A stretch of DNA of 64,000 nucleotides from Clostridiales bacterium DTU072 (GCA_001512685.1 LFSG01000044.1:10800-74799), one strand, 5' to 3'; positions 37,965-47,844 are shown, counted from the first letter of the stretch. Translations and numbers: made by a program. Notes: a model not told the origin generated them from the sequence alone.

Positions 37965-39926
37965 CTATTGTCTTATTTCTTTTTTCAGCCGCATTATTTC
38001 GTCTCTCAATTGTATGCAAGTTTCAAAATCCAAATTGTGGCTGGCTACCGACATCAAGCCCGTAAGCCGCTCTATTTCTTTTATTATCTCGCCGCGGCTG
38101 AGCTTTTTCCTGTCCGCGTCTTTAATCTTCCTGCTTATCATAAGCGTATTCACTATGTCTTTCTTTATAGTTTTGGGCGTGATGTTGTGCTTTTTGTTAT
38201 ACGCTATCTGGTATTCCCTTCTTCTGTTGGTTTCCTCTATCGCCGCTTTCATGCTGTCCGTAATGGTGTCCGCGTACATAATCACCTTTGATTGGCTGTT
38301 CCTTGCCGCCCTGCCTATCGTTTGAATCAAAGAGGAGCGGGAACGCAAAAAGCCTTCCTTGTCGGCGTCAAGTATGGCCACAAGCGCCACCTCGGGCAAA
38401 TCAAGCCCCTCCCGCAAAAGGTTTATGCCCACAAGCACGTCTATTTCCCCTCTGCGCAAAGAGGATATTATGTCTACCCTTTCCAAGGTGTCTATGTCGC
38501 TGTGCATATAGCTTACTTTCATCTTGTGCTCTTTCAAGTACGCCGTAAGGCTTTCCGCCATTCTTTTGGTCAAAGTGGTTACCAGCGTTCTGCCGTCTTT
38601 TTCCATGGCCATATAAATTTCGCTTATCAAGTCGTCTATCTGCCCTTTTGTCTTCCTTACAAAAACCTCGGGGTCCACTAAACCCGTGGGGCGGATAAGC
38701 TGTTCCACCACCTGCGACTGCTGCTCCATTTCGTATTCCCCCGGCGTAGCGGACACGCATATAAGCTGTGTAAAGCGCTGGGTGAACTCTTGAAAATTCA
38801 ACGGTCTGTTGTCGTAAGCGGCTTTTAGGCGGAAGCCGTAATTGACAAGGTTGTCCTTCCTGGCCTTGTCGCCGTTATACATGGCTCTTATCTGGGGCAA
38901 GGTCATGTGCGATTCGTCTATGAACAGCAAAAAATCGTCGGGAAAATAGTCCAATAAAGTAAAGGGCGGCTCTCCCGTCTTTCGGCCGTCAAAATACCTG
39001 GAGTAATTCTCTATGCCGTTGCAATAACCTATTTCCCTTATCATTTCTATATCATAGCTTACCCTTTCCAGCAATCTTTGAGCCTCAAGAAGCTTGTTCT
39101 TTTTCTTAAACGCTTCCACTTCTTTTTCCATGTCTTTTTTTATCCTTGCCAAAATGCTCTCCAAGCCTTCTTCGCCCACCACATAATGGCTGGCGGGGAA
39201 TATGGCGGCATGCTCCAAAATATTGGCTTCCTTTCCGGTGGTAATGTCAAATTCGCTCAGCCTTTCCACCGTATCGCCAAAAAATTCCACGCGTATGGCA
39301 AGGTTTGAATAGTTGGAGGGAAAAATCTCAAGGATATCCCCTCTCGCTCTGAAAGTGGAGCGCGCGAAGTCTATATCGCTTCTCCTATATTGCAAAGCCA
39401 CCAGCCTGTCTATCAGCTCGTCTCTGTCAATTTTCATTTCGGGGCGCAAGGATATCATGTTCTTAAAATACTCCTGGGGCGCGCCCAAGCCGTATATGCA
39501 CGACACCGAAGACACCACTATCACATCCCTTCTTTCCCCCAGCGATGCCGTGGCGCTGTGGCGAAGCTTGTCTATTTCGTCATTCATGGACAAATCCTTG
39601 GCTATATATGTGTCGGTGCTGGGGATATACGCTTCCGGCTTATAATAATCGTAATAAGACACAAAATATTCCACTCTGTTTTTGGGGAAAAGCTCCCTCA
39701 ATTCATTGCAGAGCTGGGCGGCAAGCGTTTTATTATGCGCGATAATCAACGTGGGTTTGTTTATTTTTTGAATGACATTTGCCATGGTGAATGTCTTGCC
39801 GCTGCCGGTCACGCCAAGCAATACCTGAACGCGGAAGCCGTCAAGCAAGCCTTGCACAAGCTTTTCTATAGCCTGAGGCTGATCGCCCTGAGGCTTGTAG
39901 TTTGAGGATAATTGAAATTTGTCCAT
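37965..39926 (-). CDS. uvrB: Excinuclease ABC subunit B
   Basis: 653 aa. Walker [13 protein letters not shown]; DESH box; C-terminal UVR domain. Confidence 0.95.
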   Translation of the reverse strand: MDKFQLSSNYKPQGDQPQAIEKLVQGLLDGFRVQVLLGVTGSGKTFTMANVIQKINKPTLIIAHNKTLAAQLCNELRELFPKNRVEYFVSYYDYYKPEAYIPSTDTYIAKDLSMNDEIDKLRHSATASLGERRDVIVVSSVSCIYGLGAPQEYFKNMISLRPEMKIDRDELIDRLVALQYRRSDIDFARSTFRARGDILEIFPSNYSNLAIRVEFFGDTVERLSEFDITTGKEANILEHAAIFPASHYVVGEEGLESILARIKKDMEKEVEAFKKKNKLLEAQRLLERVSYDIEMIREIGYCNGIENYSRYFDGRKTGEPPFTLLDYFPDDFLLFIDESHMTLPQIRAMYNGDKARKDNLVNYGFRLKAAYDNRPLNFQEFTQRFTQLICVSATPGEYEMEQQSQVVEQLIRPTGLVDPEVFVRKTKGQIDDLISEIYMAMEKDGRTLVTTLTKRMAESLTAYLKEHKMKVSYMHSDIDTLERVDIISSLRRGEIDVLVGINLLREGLDLPEVALVAILDADKEGFLRSRSSLIQTIGRAARNSQSKVIMYADTITDSMKAAIEETNRRREYQIAYNKKHNITPKTIKKDIVNTLMISRKIKDADRKKLSRGEIIKEIERLTGLMSVASHNLDFETCIQLRDEIMRLKKEIRQ

Positions 39927-40292
39927 CTAATTAAATATATAAGGTAAAATCAGCTTGACCACATAGGATAGTATGGCTATCAATATGGCGGTTATTATTC
40001 TTATATAAAGCTTTCTTCTGGCTTTCTTTTTGTCTCTGATATATGAAAGGCCTTTTTCTTTCAGCGTTATCACATAAATCAGCTCGTTCCGCCTTTTGGC
40101 TTTGTCCACGCTGAAATAGTTGTCCAGCGAAAGGTCATTCAGCACCCTTTCAAGGTCGTTTTCGGTAAACTCAAGTTTATAAGATATCTTTTCTAATATG
40201 TCCAAAGGAGTGAGCAAACACTGCCCGTTCTTATTTACCGCCGTGCGGTATACTACATTGAGCAATGCTTTCTCTTTCTTGTTCAATACCAT
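39927..40292 (-). CDS. Small membrane-anchored protein, paralog 2 (winged-helix-like N-domain plus C-terminal TM helix)
   Basis: 121 aa. Its stop abuts the uvrB ATG. Shares the motif DL.L(D/N)....SV...(L)YVIT..(S/E)KG with the upstream ORF. Confidence 0.55.
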   Translation of the reverse strand: MVLNKKEKALLNVVYRTAVNKNGQCLLTPLDILEKISYKLEFTENDLERVLNDLSLDNYFSVDKAKRRNELIYVITLKEKGLSYIRDKKKARRKLYIRIITAILIAILSYVVKLILPYIFN

Positions 40293-40293
40293 T

Positions 40294-40692
40294 TTACGAA
40301 AACCTCGCTACTAAAAAAGCGACGGCGGCGGCGAACATTCCGCCGATGAATGCCCAAAAACCCGCTATTGCGCCAATTTTTTTGTAATTTATGGCTTCGG
40401 CTTGCTGTATTTCTTTATGCACGATTTCGGCAAGCTTGGTTACCTTGGCTTTCTTTTCGGCCGCCACTCTGCCTTTGGATAACGGAGTAATGACATAAAG
40501 GTTGTCGTCTTTGTACTTTACGGATATCATCTCGTTTAAGGCCAAATCCTCTATATAATAAGCCAATTCGTCCTCGTCTATCTCGTTGTCCACCGCGCTC
40601 AGAAGCTCCTCTTTTTCAAGCACCACAGAGTCTCCGTCCTGCGACGAATTAACTATTTTCTCAAGTATGGAATAAGACCTTTTGTCTAACAT
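40294..40692 (-). CDS. Small membrane-anchored protein, paralog 1 (winged-helix-like N-domain plus C-terminal TM helix)
   Basis: 132 aa. AGGTG RBS. C-terminal helix IGAIAGFWAFIGGMFAAAVAFLVA. 1-nt gap to paralog 2. Confidence 0.55.
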   Translation of the reverse strand: MLDKRSYSILEKIVNSSQDGDSVVLEKEELLSAVDNEIDEDELAYYIEDLALNEMISVKYKDDNLYVITPLSKGRVAAEKKAKVTKLAEIVHKEIQQAEAINYKKIGAIAGFWAFIGGMFAAAVAFLVARFS

Positions 40693-40821
40693 AATTTTAC
40701 ACCTACTTCGTAATTACATACATATTAACATATAATAATTCTCAATGTCAATTAAAGACGCGTTTAACCGCATAAAGCCAAGCCATGGCTGTTTCCATGA
40801 AATTTGCCGCTCTCGCAATGA

Positions 40822-40855
40822 TAAAACAAAAATTCAGGCAACCCTGAATTTTTGA
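40822..40855 (-). terminator. Rho-independent terminator after hom (structure is symmetric)
   Basis: Stem aattcagg/cctgaatt with a 4-nt loop, flanked by A-run and T-run. Confidence 0.7.
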
Positions 40856-40886
40856 GTTTTTGTTTCAATTGAAATATCTTAAGCGG

Positions 40887-42164
40887 TTATTCTTCCACCC
40901 TGATTATGGCGTCCACGCTGTAAACGGTGTCCACTTCCTTAATTGCCTCCACGGCTTTCTTTACGCTGCTTTCGCTGGTTCTGTGCAGCATGAATATTAC
41001 TGAGGCCTTATCCCCTTCCACCTTTTGCTGTATGGAGTTTATGCTGATTTTGAACTTGGCCAGCTTCGCCGAAATGGAAGCTATCACTCCCGGCACGTCT
41101 TTTACCGTCAACCTCATATAGTATTCGCATTGGAAATCCTTATTGAAGCCCCTGTCCGACACCTTGTCCGTGTTGTTCTTAAAAGAGGAATACTTATGCT
41201 TGCTTTGCAGAGAAGCGAACACTATATCCGACACTATGGCGCTGCCCGTGGGCAAATCTCCCGCGCCTCTGCCGTAAAGCATAATGTCGCCCACATTGTC
41301 GCCCACTATATGGACGGCGTTGAAACTCTCTTTAACCGCCGCCAACGGATGGTCGCTTGGAATAAAGGCGGGATGCACTCTTGCTTCGATTTTGCCGTTT
41401 TCTTTCTTGCCAATGGCAAGCAGCTTAAGCGTATACCCGAATTTTTTGCCGTACTCTATGTCCAGCTTGCTGATATTCGATATGCCTTCTCTGTATATCT
41501 TGTCAATGGGCACCTTGGTATGAAATGCAAGGGAGCTTAATATGCTCAGCTTATACATGGAATCGTATCCGTCCACATCGGCGGTGGGGTTTGCTTCGGC
41601 ATAGCCCAGCTTTTGCGCTTCTTTGAGCACGGTTTCATACTCCAAGCCTTCGTCCGCCATCTTCGATAAAATATAGTTGGTGGTTCCGTTTACAATGCCC
41701 ATAATGCATTTTATGTTGTTGCCTTGCATGCTCTCGGTAAGCGTTCTGATAACGGGCACGCCGCCCACGCAGCTTGCTTCAAAATACACCCCCGCCTTGC
41801 CCTTCTTGGCCGCGCTTTCCAGCTCGTGCCAATATTGGCTGAACATCTCTTTATTCGCCGTAACTATGCTCTTGCCCGCCAGCAAGCATTGTACCAAAAA
41901 GCTTTTTGCCGGCTCTATTCCGCCAAAAAACTCAGCCACAATCTTTATTTCGGGGTCTTTTAATATGTTGTTTATGTCGCATGACACAATATCGGGGTTT
42001 GCGCCCAACGCCTTAACCTTTGACATATCCTTTTCCAGAATATGCCTTATTTCCAAATCCACGCCGTAGTTTTTCTTGATGTCGTCGCGATTTTTGGTCA
42101 ATATCTTATATGTGCCGCCGCCGACCGTGCCCAGTCCCAACAATGCTACTCCGACTTTCTTCAT
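40887..42164 (-). CDS. hom: Homoserine dehydrogenase with a C-terminal ACT domain
   Basis: 425 aa. N-terminal VALLGLGTVGGG NAD fold, a catalytic domain and an ACT domain. Confidence 0.9.
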   Translation of the reverse strand: MKKVGVALLGLGTVGGGTYKILTKNRDDIKKNYGVDLEIRHILEKDMSKVKALGANPDIVSCDINNILKDPEIKIVAEFFGGIEPAKSFLVQCLLAGKSIVTANKEMFSQYWHELESAAKKGKAGVYFEASCVGGVPVIRTLTESMQGNNIKCIMGIVNGTTNYILSKMADEGLEYETVLKEAQKLGYAEANPTADVDGYDSMYKLSILSSLAFHTKVPIDKIYREGISNISKLDIEYGKKFGYTLKLLAIGKKENGKIEARVHPAFIPSDHPLAAVKESFNAVHIVGDNVGDIMLYGRGAGDLPTGSAIVSDIVFASLQSKHKYSSFKNNTDKVSDRGFNKDFQCEYYMRLTVKDVPGVIASISAKLAKFKISINSIQQKVEGDKASVIFMLHRTSESSVKKAVEAIKEVDTVYSVDAIIRVEE

Positions 42165-42183
42165 AAATCCTCCTTATTTTTAT

Positions 42184-42957
42184 CTATTTGCTGCTGTTCA
42201 ATTTATATAAGCATTTAAGTCCTTTCAGCGATAAAGCTCTGTCCACTATTTCTATCTCTTTTGAGTCGTTGTTTACAAGCATGCTCAAGCCGCCCGTGGC
42301 TATAACCTTGGCGTTATTGTAACCTGTTTCTTTCTTTATGTTATGCAGAATATAGTCAACCATGCCCGTAAAGCCGTAAATAACGCCCGCCTGCATATTC
42401 CCGATGGTGTCGTTTTGCACCACGCCCGAAGGCTTGACAAGCTCGATTCTGGGAAGCTTTGAACCCGTGTTTACCAATGCTTCGGTGCTTGATTTTATGC
42501 CCGGGGCTATGGCCCCTCCCAAAAATTCGCCCTTTTCGCTTATTAAGCCGAAGGTGGTTGCAGAGCCAAAATCCACGGTAATGGCAGGGCCGCCGTATTC
42601 GTAAAAAGCCGCCACCGCGTTTATTATCCTGTCCGCGCCCAAATCTTCGGGACGGCGGTAATTTATCTTAATGCCGAGATTTATGGCGGGGGAAACCAAT
42701 ATGGGCTTTATATTGAAATAATATGTGCACATATGTTCAATGGTATAGTTTATCGAGGGCACTACCGATGACATTATGATGCCTTCCACATCGCTGAATT
42801 TATATCTGTTTTTGGACAGCAAATCATACATTATCATGCCGTATTCGTCGGCCGTTTTGCTGTAATCGGTGGCGATGCGCCAAGTATACAAAATCTGTTC
42901 GCTGTCGTAAACGCCTATCTTAATATTGGTGTTGCCCGCGTCCATCAATAATATCAT
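42184..42957 (-). CDS. coaX: Type III pantothenate kinase
   Basis: 257 aa. LLMDAGNTNIKIG phosphate-1 motif and GSATT block. Confidence 0.9.
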   Translation of the reverse strand: MILLMDAGNTNIKIGVYDSEQILYTWRIATDYSKTADEYGMIMYDLLSKNRYKFSDVEGIIMSSVVPSINYTIEHMCTYYFNIKPILVSPAINLGIKINYRRPEDLGADRIINAVAAFYEYGGPAITVDFGSATTFGLISEKGEFLGGAIAPGIKSSTEALVNTGSKLPRIELVKPSGVVQNDTIGNMQAGVIYGFTGMVDYILHNIKKETGYNNAKVIATGGLSMLVNNDSKEIEIVDRALSLKGLKCLYKLNSSK

Positions 42958-42990
42958 TAAATCACCTTAAACCGTCAATGTTATTCATTT

Positions 42991-43019
42991 ATCGTATCAC
43001 AAAAAAGGTATGCTGTCAA
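42991..43019 (-). promoter_or_regulatory. Sigma-A promoter (extended -10) for coaX-hom
   Basis: The minus strand reads TTGACA-17 nt-TACGAT, with TG upstream of the -10. Confidence 0.45.
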
Positions 43020-43023
43020 CTTA

Positions 43024-43692
43024 TCAAGCGCGGCCGTTCAGCGTTTGACGAGCCTTTTGCCATTCCGGCATATAACGCCAAAGCAGGGCGTAAAAACGCT
43101 TATTATGGCCTCTTTCTTTCAGATGCAAAAGCTCGTGCAAAGTTACATAGGAAAGACACAATTCTTCAAAACAGGCAAGTTTCAAATTTAGACATATGTC
43201 CTTTTTGGGGATATTGCAGCTGCCCCAGCGGCTTTTCATATCCCTTATCCTAAGACTGTCGCTTTCAAGCCCCGTAACGGATTGCCAGCGGCGTAAATAT
43301 TCTTGGGCTTTTTCCCTTAATTGCTCCAAATACATTTGTTTGACAAGCTTTTTCTTTATTTCAATATTATCGCTTTTTAAGCATAAAATTATCTCGTTTC
43401 CGCTCAAAAGGCATGCGTTGGCGGCATGGCCAAGCTTCAGCCTGAGAGTGTAATCCTTTCCCCACAATTGAAAACGCTCGCCCTCGACATAGCGTTTTTC
43501 AAATCTTGCCATGCCGGAACATGAATTGATATGCTTTTTTATCAAATGCATTTTTTTATGGATAAACGCGAAAATTTCCTTTTCGGACGCAAGAAGCGGC
43601 GCCGATACTCTGACCTTGCCCTCCCTTATCGTCAAGCGTAAATATTTAATGTTTTTTCTTGTTAATTCAAATTCTATTCCTTCAATTATCAT
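43024..43692 (-). CDS. YgjP-like (DUF45/M48-type) metal-dependent hydrolase
   Basis: HELLHLKERGH zinc motif and WGSC block. The start is the ATG at 43692, preceded by AAAGGAA, rather than the ORF-track TTG at 43740. Confidence 0.8.
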   Translation of the reverse strand: MIIEGIEFELTRKNIKYLRLTIREGKVRVSAPLLASEKEIFAFIHKKMHLIKKHINSCSGMARFEKRYVEGERFQLWGKDYTLRLKLGHAANACLLSGNEIILCLKSDNIEIKKKLVKQMYLEQLREKAQEYLRRWQSVTGLESDSLRIRDMKSRWGSCNIPKKDICLNLKLACFEELCLSYVTLHELLHLKERGHNKRFYALLWRYMPEWQKARQTLNGRA

Positions 43693-43942
43693 AAAGCGTT
43701 CCTTTCTTATAACAAAAAGCGGCGATAAGCTTAAAGTCAAAGCCGCATTGAATAATACTTATTATAATACAAATATTCCAATTGTTAAAGAAAGATTATT
43801 GTGGTCGGCGTTAAAGAAGAAAACGGTCCGCTGAGCTTGCTCAGCGGAACAGAAACGACGCTGTTTCTGCGTATCTTTTCCATATTTTAACTTAGCTACT
43901 ATTGCGCATATGAAAAATAATAAATATGAGGTATAGATAAAT

Positions 43943-44596
43943 ATGAAAAAGAAATTAATCATTACGATTTTGGTTTTATTGATGTTTTTTTCGGCGTTTA
44001 TCCACTCGCCCTTAACTCCCTCGGAAGACGACACCGTTTACGCCCAATCGAAAACGCATATCGTTCAGCCCGGGGACAGCATGTGGAAAATCGCGGTAAG
44101 GTATCAAACGGGACTGTCGGAAATAATCAAAGCCAATCCCCACATTAAAAACCCCTCTTTGATTTATCCCGGGCAGCGTATAACCATTCCCAATGCCGCT
44201 CCCTTAAAAAGCATTGAAGACGAAGTGGTAAGGCTGACCAATCTTGAGAGGACAAAACGGGGACTGCAGCCGTTAAGCGTCAATTGGGAGGTGGCCAGAG
44301 TGGCCAGAATTAAATCGCAAGATATGATAAATAACCATTATTTTTCGCATAATTCCCCCGTTTACGGTTCGCCTTTCAAAATGCTGGAATCTTACGGGCT
44401 GCGTTTTTCGGCGGTCGCCGAAAACATCGCTTACGGACAGCGTTCGGCTCAGGAAGTGGTCAACACTTGGATGAATTCGGCGGGGCACAGAGCCAATATA
44501 CTGTCCGCGAACGTTACGCAAATAGGCGTGGGAGTGGCCAAAAAATCTAACGGCACGCTTTATTTCACTCAAATATTCATTAAACCCGCTTGGTAA
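43943..44596 (+). CDS. Secreted LysM + CAP/SCP (YkwD-like) domain protein
   Basis: Signal peptide; LysM domain (HIVQPGDSMWKIAVRY...YPGQRITIP); CAP domain (NHYFSHNSP, GHRANIL). Confidence 0.8.
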   Translation: MKKKLIITILVLLMFFSAFIHSPLTPSEDDTVYAQSKTHIVQPGDSMWKIAVRYQTGLSEIIKANPHIKNPSLIYPGQRITIPNAAPLKSIEDEVVRLTNLERTKRGLQPLSVNWEVARVARIKSQDMINNHYFSHNSPVYGSPFKMLESYGLRFSAVAENIAYGQRSAQEVVNTWMNSAGHRANILSANVTQIGVGVAKKSNGTLYFTQIFIKPAW

Positions 44597-44615
44597 AAAA
44601 TAAGCCTTTTTACGG

Positions 44616-44649
44616 AAAAAAACGGCTTCTCCAAAAAAGCCGTTTTTTT
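44616..44649 (+). terminator. Rho-independent terminator of the LysM-CAP gene
   Basis: Stem aaaaacggctt/aagccgttttt with a 7-nt loop and a T-run. Confidence 0.8.
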
Positions 44650-44692
44650 CATATTAAATTGTTTTTGTTTATTGATAACATAAATTTTATGG

Positions 44693-44719
44693 CATTATAA
44701 AACCGCCTTGAAAGGCGGT
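44693..44719 (-). terminator. Rho-independent terminator ending the ribosomal alpha operon after rplQ
   Basis: Stem accgcc/ggcggt with a 6-nt loop. The minus strand is followed by TTTTAT. Confidence 0.6.
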
Positions 44720-44745
44720 CTTTTGCATGATGTTTTTTTGAATGA

Positions 44746-45258
44746 TTACACCAGTTCAAGTATGCACTTGTCGGCGCCGTCTCCCCGTCTTTGGCCTAAT
44801 TTGATAATGCGGGTATAGCCGCCGCCTTGCCCAAGCTCTTTGGCTCTTTTATCGTATTTGGGAGCGTATTCCCCAAAAATTTTCTCCACAAGAGGATGCT
44901 TGATGTCCCTTGTCCTTTCCCTATAAGATTCTTTGGACTCCTTGGGATCCTTGATTTCTTTAAGGTCGGCCACTTTCGCCATTATCCTTCTGCGGGCGGC
45001 AAGCTTGCGCGGGCCGTCGTTCGTATACTCTACGGGGATAAGCTCGTCTTTTTGATTCCTCTTCATCTTTGTTACCGTTACGGTATCTTGATATGTCCTT
45101 ATCGCCATAGTTATCAACTTTTCGGCGGCTTTCCTGACCTCTTTGGCGCGCGCCAAGGTGGTCTCGATTCTGCCGTGCCAAAGCAACTGGGATGCCTGAC
45201 TGTATATTAATTGTACCCTTTGGTCCGTTCTTCTCCCTAATTTTCTGTGTTTTGCCAT
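44746..45258 (-). CDS. rplQ: 50S ribosomal protein L17 (bL17), expanded form
   Basis: Conserved ends (KLGRRTDQR..., GGYTRIIKLGQRRGDGA). 170 aa, against about 115-120 in model Bacillota. Confidence 0.9.
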   Translation of the reverse strand: MAKHRKLGRRTDQRVQLIYSQASQLLWHGRIETTLARAKEVRKAAEKLITMAIRTYQDTVTVTKMKRNQKDELIPVEYTNDGPRKLAARRRIMAKVADLKEIKDPKESKESYRERTRDIKHPLVEKIFGEYAPKYDKRAKELGQGGGYTRIIKLGQRRGDGADKCILELV

Positions 45259-45272
45259 TTTGTCTTTTCTCC

Positions 45273-46226
45273 TTACTCGTCTTTACTTTGTAAACTTAAA
45301 CCCAGATTTGCCAGCTTGCTTATGACTTCGTCAAGCGACTTCCTGCCAAGGTTGCGCACCTTGAGCATATCTTCTTCGGTTTTCTTTACCAAATCCTCAA
45401 CGGTAAAGATTCCCGCGCGCTTAAGACAATTGAGCGGACGCACCGAAAGGTCAAGTTCCTCAATGCTCATATACAAAGCTTTTTGCTGATTTTCGTCCTC
45501 GCGGGTAACAAGAATATCCAATTGATTCATGTCTTCCACAAGATTTATGAATAGCTTCAAATGGTCGCTCATTATCTTGGCCGCCAAGCTTACAATCTCT
45601 CTGGGCGAAGTAGTGCCGTTGGTCTTTACATTTATGGTCAATTTGTCATAATCTATGGATTGCTCCACACGGGTGGCTTCAACCGAATAACTTACCGATC
45701 TTACGGGCGAAAACAGCGCGTCGATGGGGATATAGCCTATGGGTGCTTTGGCGGGCTTGTTCTGGGGCGCGGACACATAGCCTCTGCCCACTCCGATGGT
45801 CAAGTCCATATTAAGCTCGCATCCTTCCTCAAGCGTGCAAATAAGCGCTTCGGGATTCTTAATCTCGATGTCGCCCGGCAGCTCGATATCTCCCGCCTTC
45901 ACTTTGCCGGGTTTGTTGGTCTTAAGTTTTACCACATGGGTATATGTGGGATCGTTGGAATACACCTTTACAAAGATTTCTTTGAGGTTGAGCACTATTT
46001 CAGCGACATCTTCCCTTACTCCCGGTATGGTTGAGAATTCATGCTTTATGCCTTCCACCTGCAAGCCGATTATGGCGGCGCCCGGCAAAGCCGTGCACAT
46101 TATTCTTCTCAAACAGTTGCCTATCGTGATGCCGTAGCCTCTTTCAAGGGGCTCTACGATAAAACTGGCTTGAGAATTATCTGCGCTTTCGATTTCGGTA
46201 ATTTTCGGTTTCACTATTTCCATCAT
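45273..46226 (-). CDS. rpoA: DNA-directed RNA polymerase subunit alpha
   Basis: 317 aa. NTD and CTD (SVRPLNCLKRAGI). Located between rpsD and rplQ. Confidence 0.95.
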   Translation of the reverse strand: MMEIVKPKITEIESADNSQASFIVEPLERGYGITIGNCLRRIMCTALPGAAIIGLQVEGIKHEFSTIPGVREDVAEIVLNLKEIFVKVYSNDPTYTHVVKLKTNKPGKVKAGDIELPGDIEIKNPEALICTLEEGCELNMDLTIGVGRGYVSAPQNKPAKAPIGYIPIDALFSPVRSVSYSVEATRVEQSIDYDKLTINVKTNGTTSPREIVSLAAKIMSDHLKLFINLVEDMNQLDILVTREDENQQKALYMSIEELDLSVRPLNCLKRAGIFTVEDLVKKTEEDMLKVRNLGRKSLDEVISKLANLGLSLQSKDE

Positions 46227-46256
46227 TATGGCGGTTCCTCCTTTATTTAAGGCGTA

Positions 46257-46880
46257 TTACTTGGAATATAACTCAACTATCATATGTTCGGCTATATTCA
46301 TATCTATATCTTCGCGGGTAGGCATGGCCAAGATTTTGCCTTTTAAGGTTTTGGGATCGAATTCCAGCCATTTCAAAGAATTTTTGAAATTGGATTCCTT
46401 CAATTCCTTAAAGAATGTCTTGTCCTTTTTGTTTTCTTTTACGGCAATCTCGTCGCCTACCTTTATTAAATACGAAGGTATGTTCACTCTTTTACCGTTA
46501 ACGGTTATATGTCCATGATTTACAAGCTGTCTTGCCTGATCCCTCGATACGCCTATGCCCATTCTGTAAACCACATTGTCCAGTCTTCTTTCCAGCAATA
46601 TAAGCATGTTCTCGCCGGTAACGCCTCTCAGCCTTTCCGCCATAACATAATACTTATGGAATTGCTTTTCGGTAAGGCCGTATATTCTCTTTGTTTTTTG
46701 CTTTTCGCGAAGCTGCACGCTGTAAGGAGTGGGTTTTTTCCTCCTTTGTCCGTGCGCTCCCGGCGCATACTGGCGTTTTAATATAGAACATTTGGCGGAA
46801 AAACATCTGTCTCCTTTCAAAAACAATTTCTCGCCTTCTCTTCTGCATAAGCGGCAATCCGCTCCCGTATATCTTGCCAT
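46257..46880 (-). CDS. rpsD: 30S ribosomal protein S4
   Basis: 207 aa. Begins [14 protein letters not shown] and carries an S4 RNA-binding domain. Confidence 0.95.
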   Translation of the reverse strand: MARYTGADCRLCRREGEKLFLKGDRCFSAKCSILKRQYAPGAHGQRRKKPTPYSVQLREKQKTKRIYGLTEKQFHKYYVMAERLRGVTGENMLILLERRLDNVVYRMGIGVSRDQARQLVNHGHITVNGKRVNIPSYLIKVGDEIAVKENKKDKTFFKELKESNFKNSLKWLEFDPKTLKGKILAMPTREDIDMNIAEHMIVELYSK

Positions 46881-46898
46881 TTCTACTTTACCTCCTGA

Positions 46899-47291
46899 TT
46901 ACAGCCTTCTGCGTTTTGGCGGACGACATCCGTTGTGGGGTATGGGGGACACGTCCTTTATCATGGTAATGTCCACATCCGCGGCTTGCACGGCGCGAAT
47001 GGCCGGCTCCCTGCCCTGACCGGTGCCTTTAATGTATATCTCCACCTTGCGAATACCGTTTTGTTTGGCTTCGTTCATGGCCCTTTCGGTAACCTGCGTG
47101 GCGGCAAAAGCCGTTTCTTTCCTCGCTCCTTTCAGTCCAAGCACTCCCGAAGAAGCCCAGGCTATCGTGTTGCCGTTCATGTCGGTTACGGTAACGATGG
47201 TATTGTTATGGGTGGTATGAACATGTACTTGTCCTTTCTCAATACGCTTAAGGTCTTTCCTTTTCTTTATCGTTGATTTTCTTACTGCCAT
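46899..47291 (-). CDS. rpsK: 30S ribosomal protein S11
   Basis: 130 aa. C-terminal PIPHNGCRPPKRRR. Confidence 0.95.
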   Translation of the reverse strand: MAVRKSTIKKRKDLKRIEKGQVHVHTTHNNTIVTVTDMNGNTIAWASSGVLGLKGARKETAFAATQVTERAMNEAKQNGIRKVEIYIKGTGQGREPAIRAVQAADVDITMIKDVSPIPHNGCRPPKRRRL

Positions 47292-47305
47292 TTTATAGCG
47301 CCTCC

Positions 47306-47680
47306 TTAGCTGCTCTTTTTACCGCGTCCCACAGTGCGCTTGGGACCTTTCCTGGTACGGGCGTTTTGCTTGGTGCTCTGCCCTCTTACCGGCAAACCCT
47401 TTCTGTGCCTGATTCCGCGGTAGCAACCTATTTCCATAAGTCTTTTTATGTCCATCATCCTTTCTCTTTTCAGGTCGCCTTCCACATGCAAATTCTTTTC
47501 TATATACTCACGGATCTTGGCCACCTGCTCTTCGTTCAAATCCTTTACACGCGTATTAAGGTCTATGCCTACGGTGTTAAGAATCTTAACGGCCGTCGGG
47601 CGTCCGATGCCATATATATAGGTCAGACCTATTTCCACTCTCTTTTCTCGCGGTAAATCCACACCTGCTATACGAGCCAT
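47306..47680 (-). CDS. rpsM: 30S ribosomal protein S13
   Basis: 124 aa. Begins [14 protein letters not shown]. Confidence 0.95.
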   Translation of the reverse strand: MARIAGVDLPREKRVEIGLTYIYGIGRPTAVKILNTVGIDLNTRVKDLNEEQVAKIREYIEKNLHVEGDLKRERMMDIKRLMEIGCYRGIRHRKGLPVRGQSTKQNARTRKGPKRTVGRGKKSS

Positions 47681-47798
47681 TAATTATAACCTCCATTTCC
47701 ACTCTTTTTATTGTGTTTTATCTATATAAACCACCGAAGATTATTATCGTTAAGATAATCCAGCCGCCTTCGGATTGAGTTCAAGGGCTAACTTGCAT

Positions 47799-47827
47799 AT
47801 TATATCAAATATATGATTTGTTAGCAA
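47799..47827 (-). promoter_or_regulatory. Internal sigma-A promoter (extended -10) for rpsM-rpsK-rpsD-rpoA-rplQ
   Basis: The minus strand reads TTGCTA-17 nt-TATAAT with TG upstream. It lies in the 164-nt rpmJ-rpsM spacer. Confidence 0.5.
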
Positions 47828-47844
47828 TTATTTTATAAGTTCTT

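Noticed and set aside
40693-40886. LexA (Cheo box, GAAC-N4-GTTC) operator upstream of the paralog-uvrB-uvrA unit.
   Set aside because: No GAAC...GTTC inverted repeat is present in the spacer. I therefore cannot claim SOS control.
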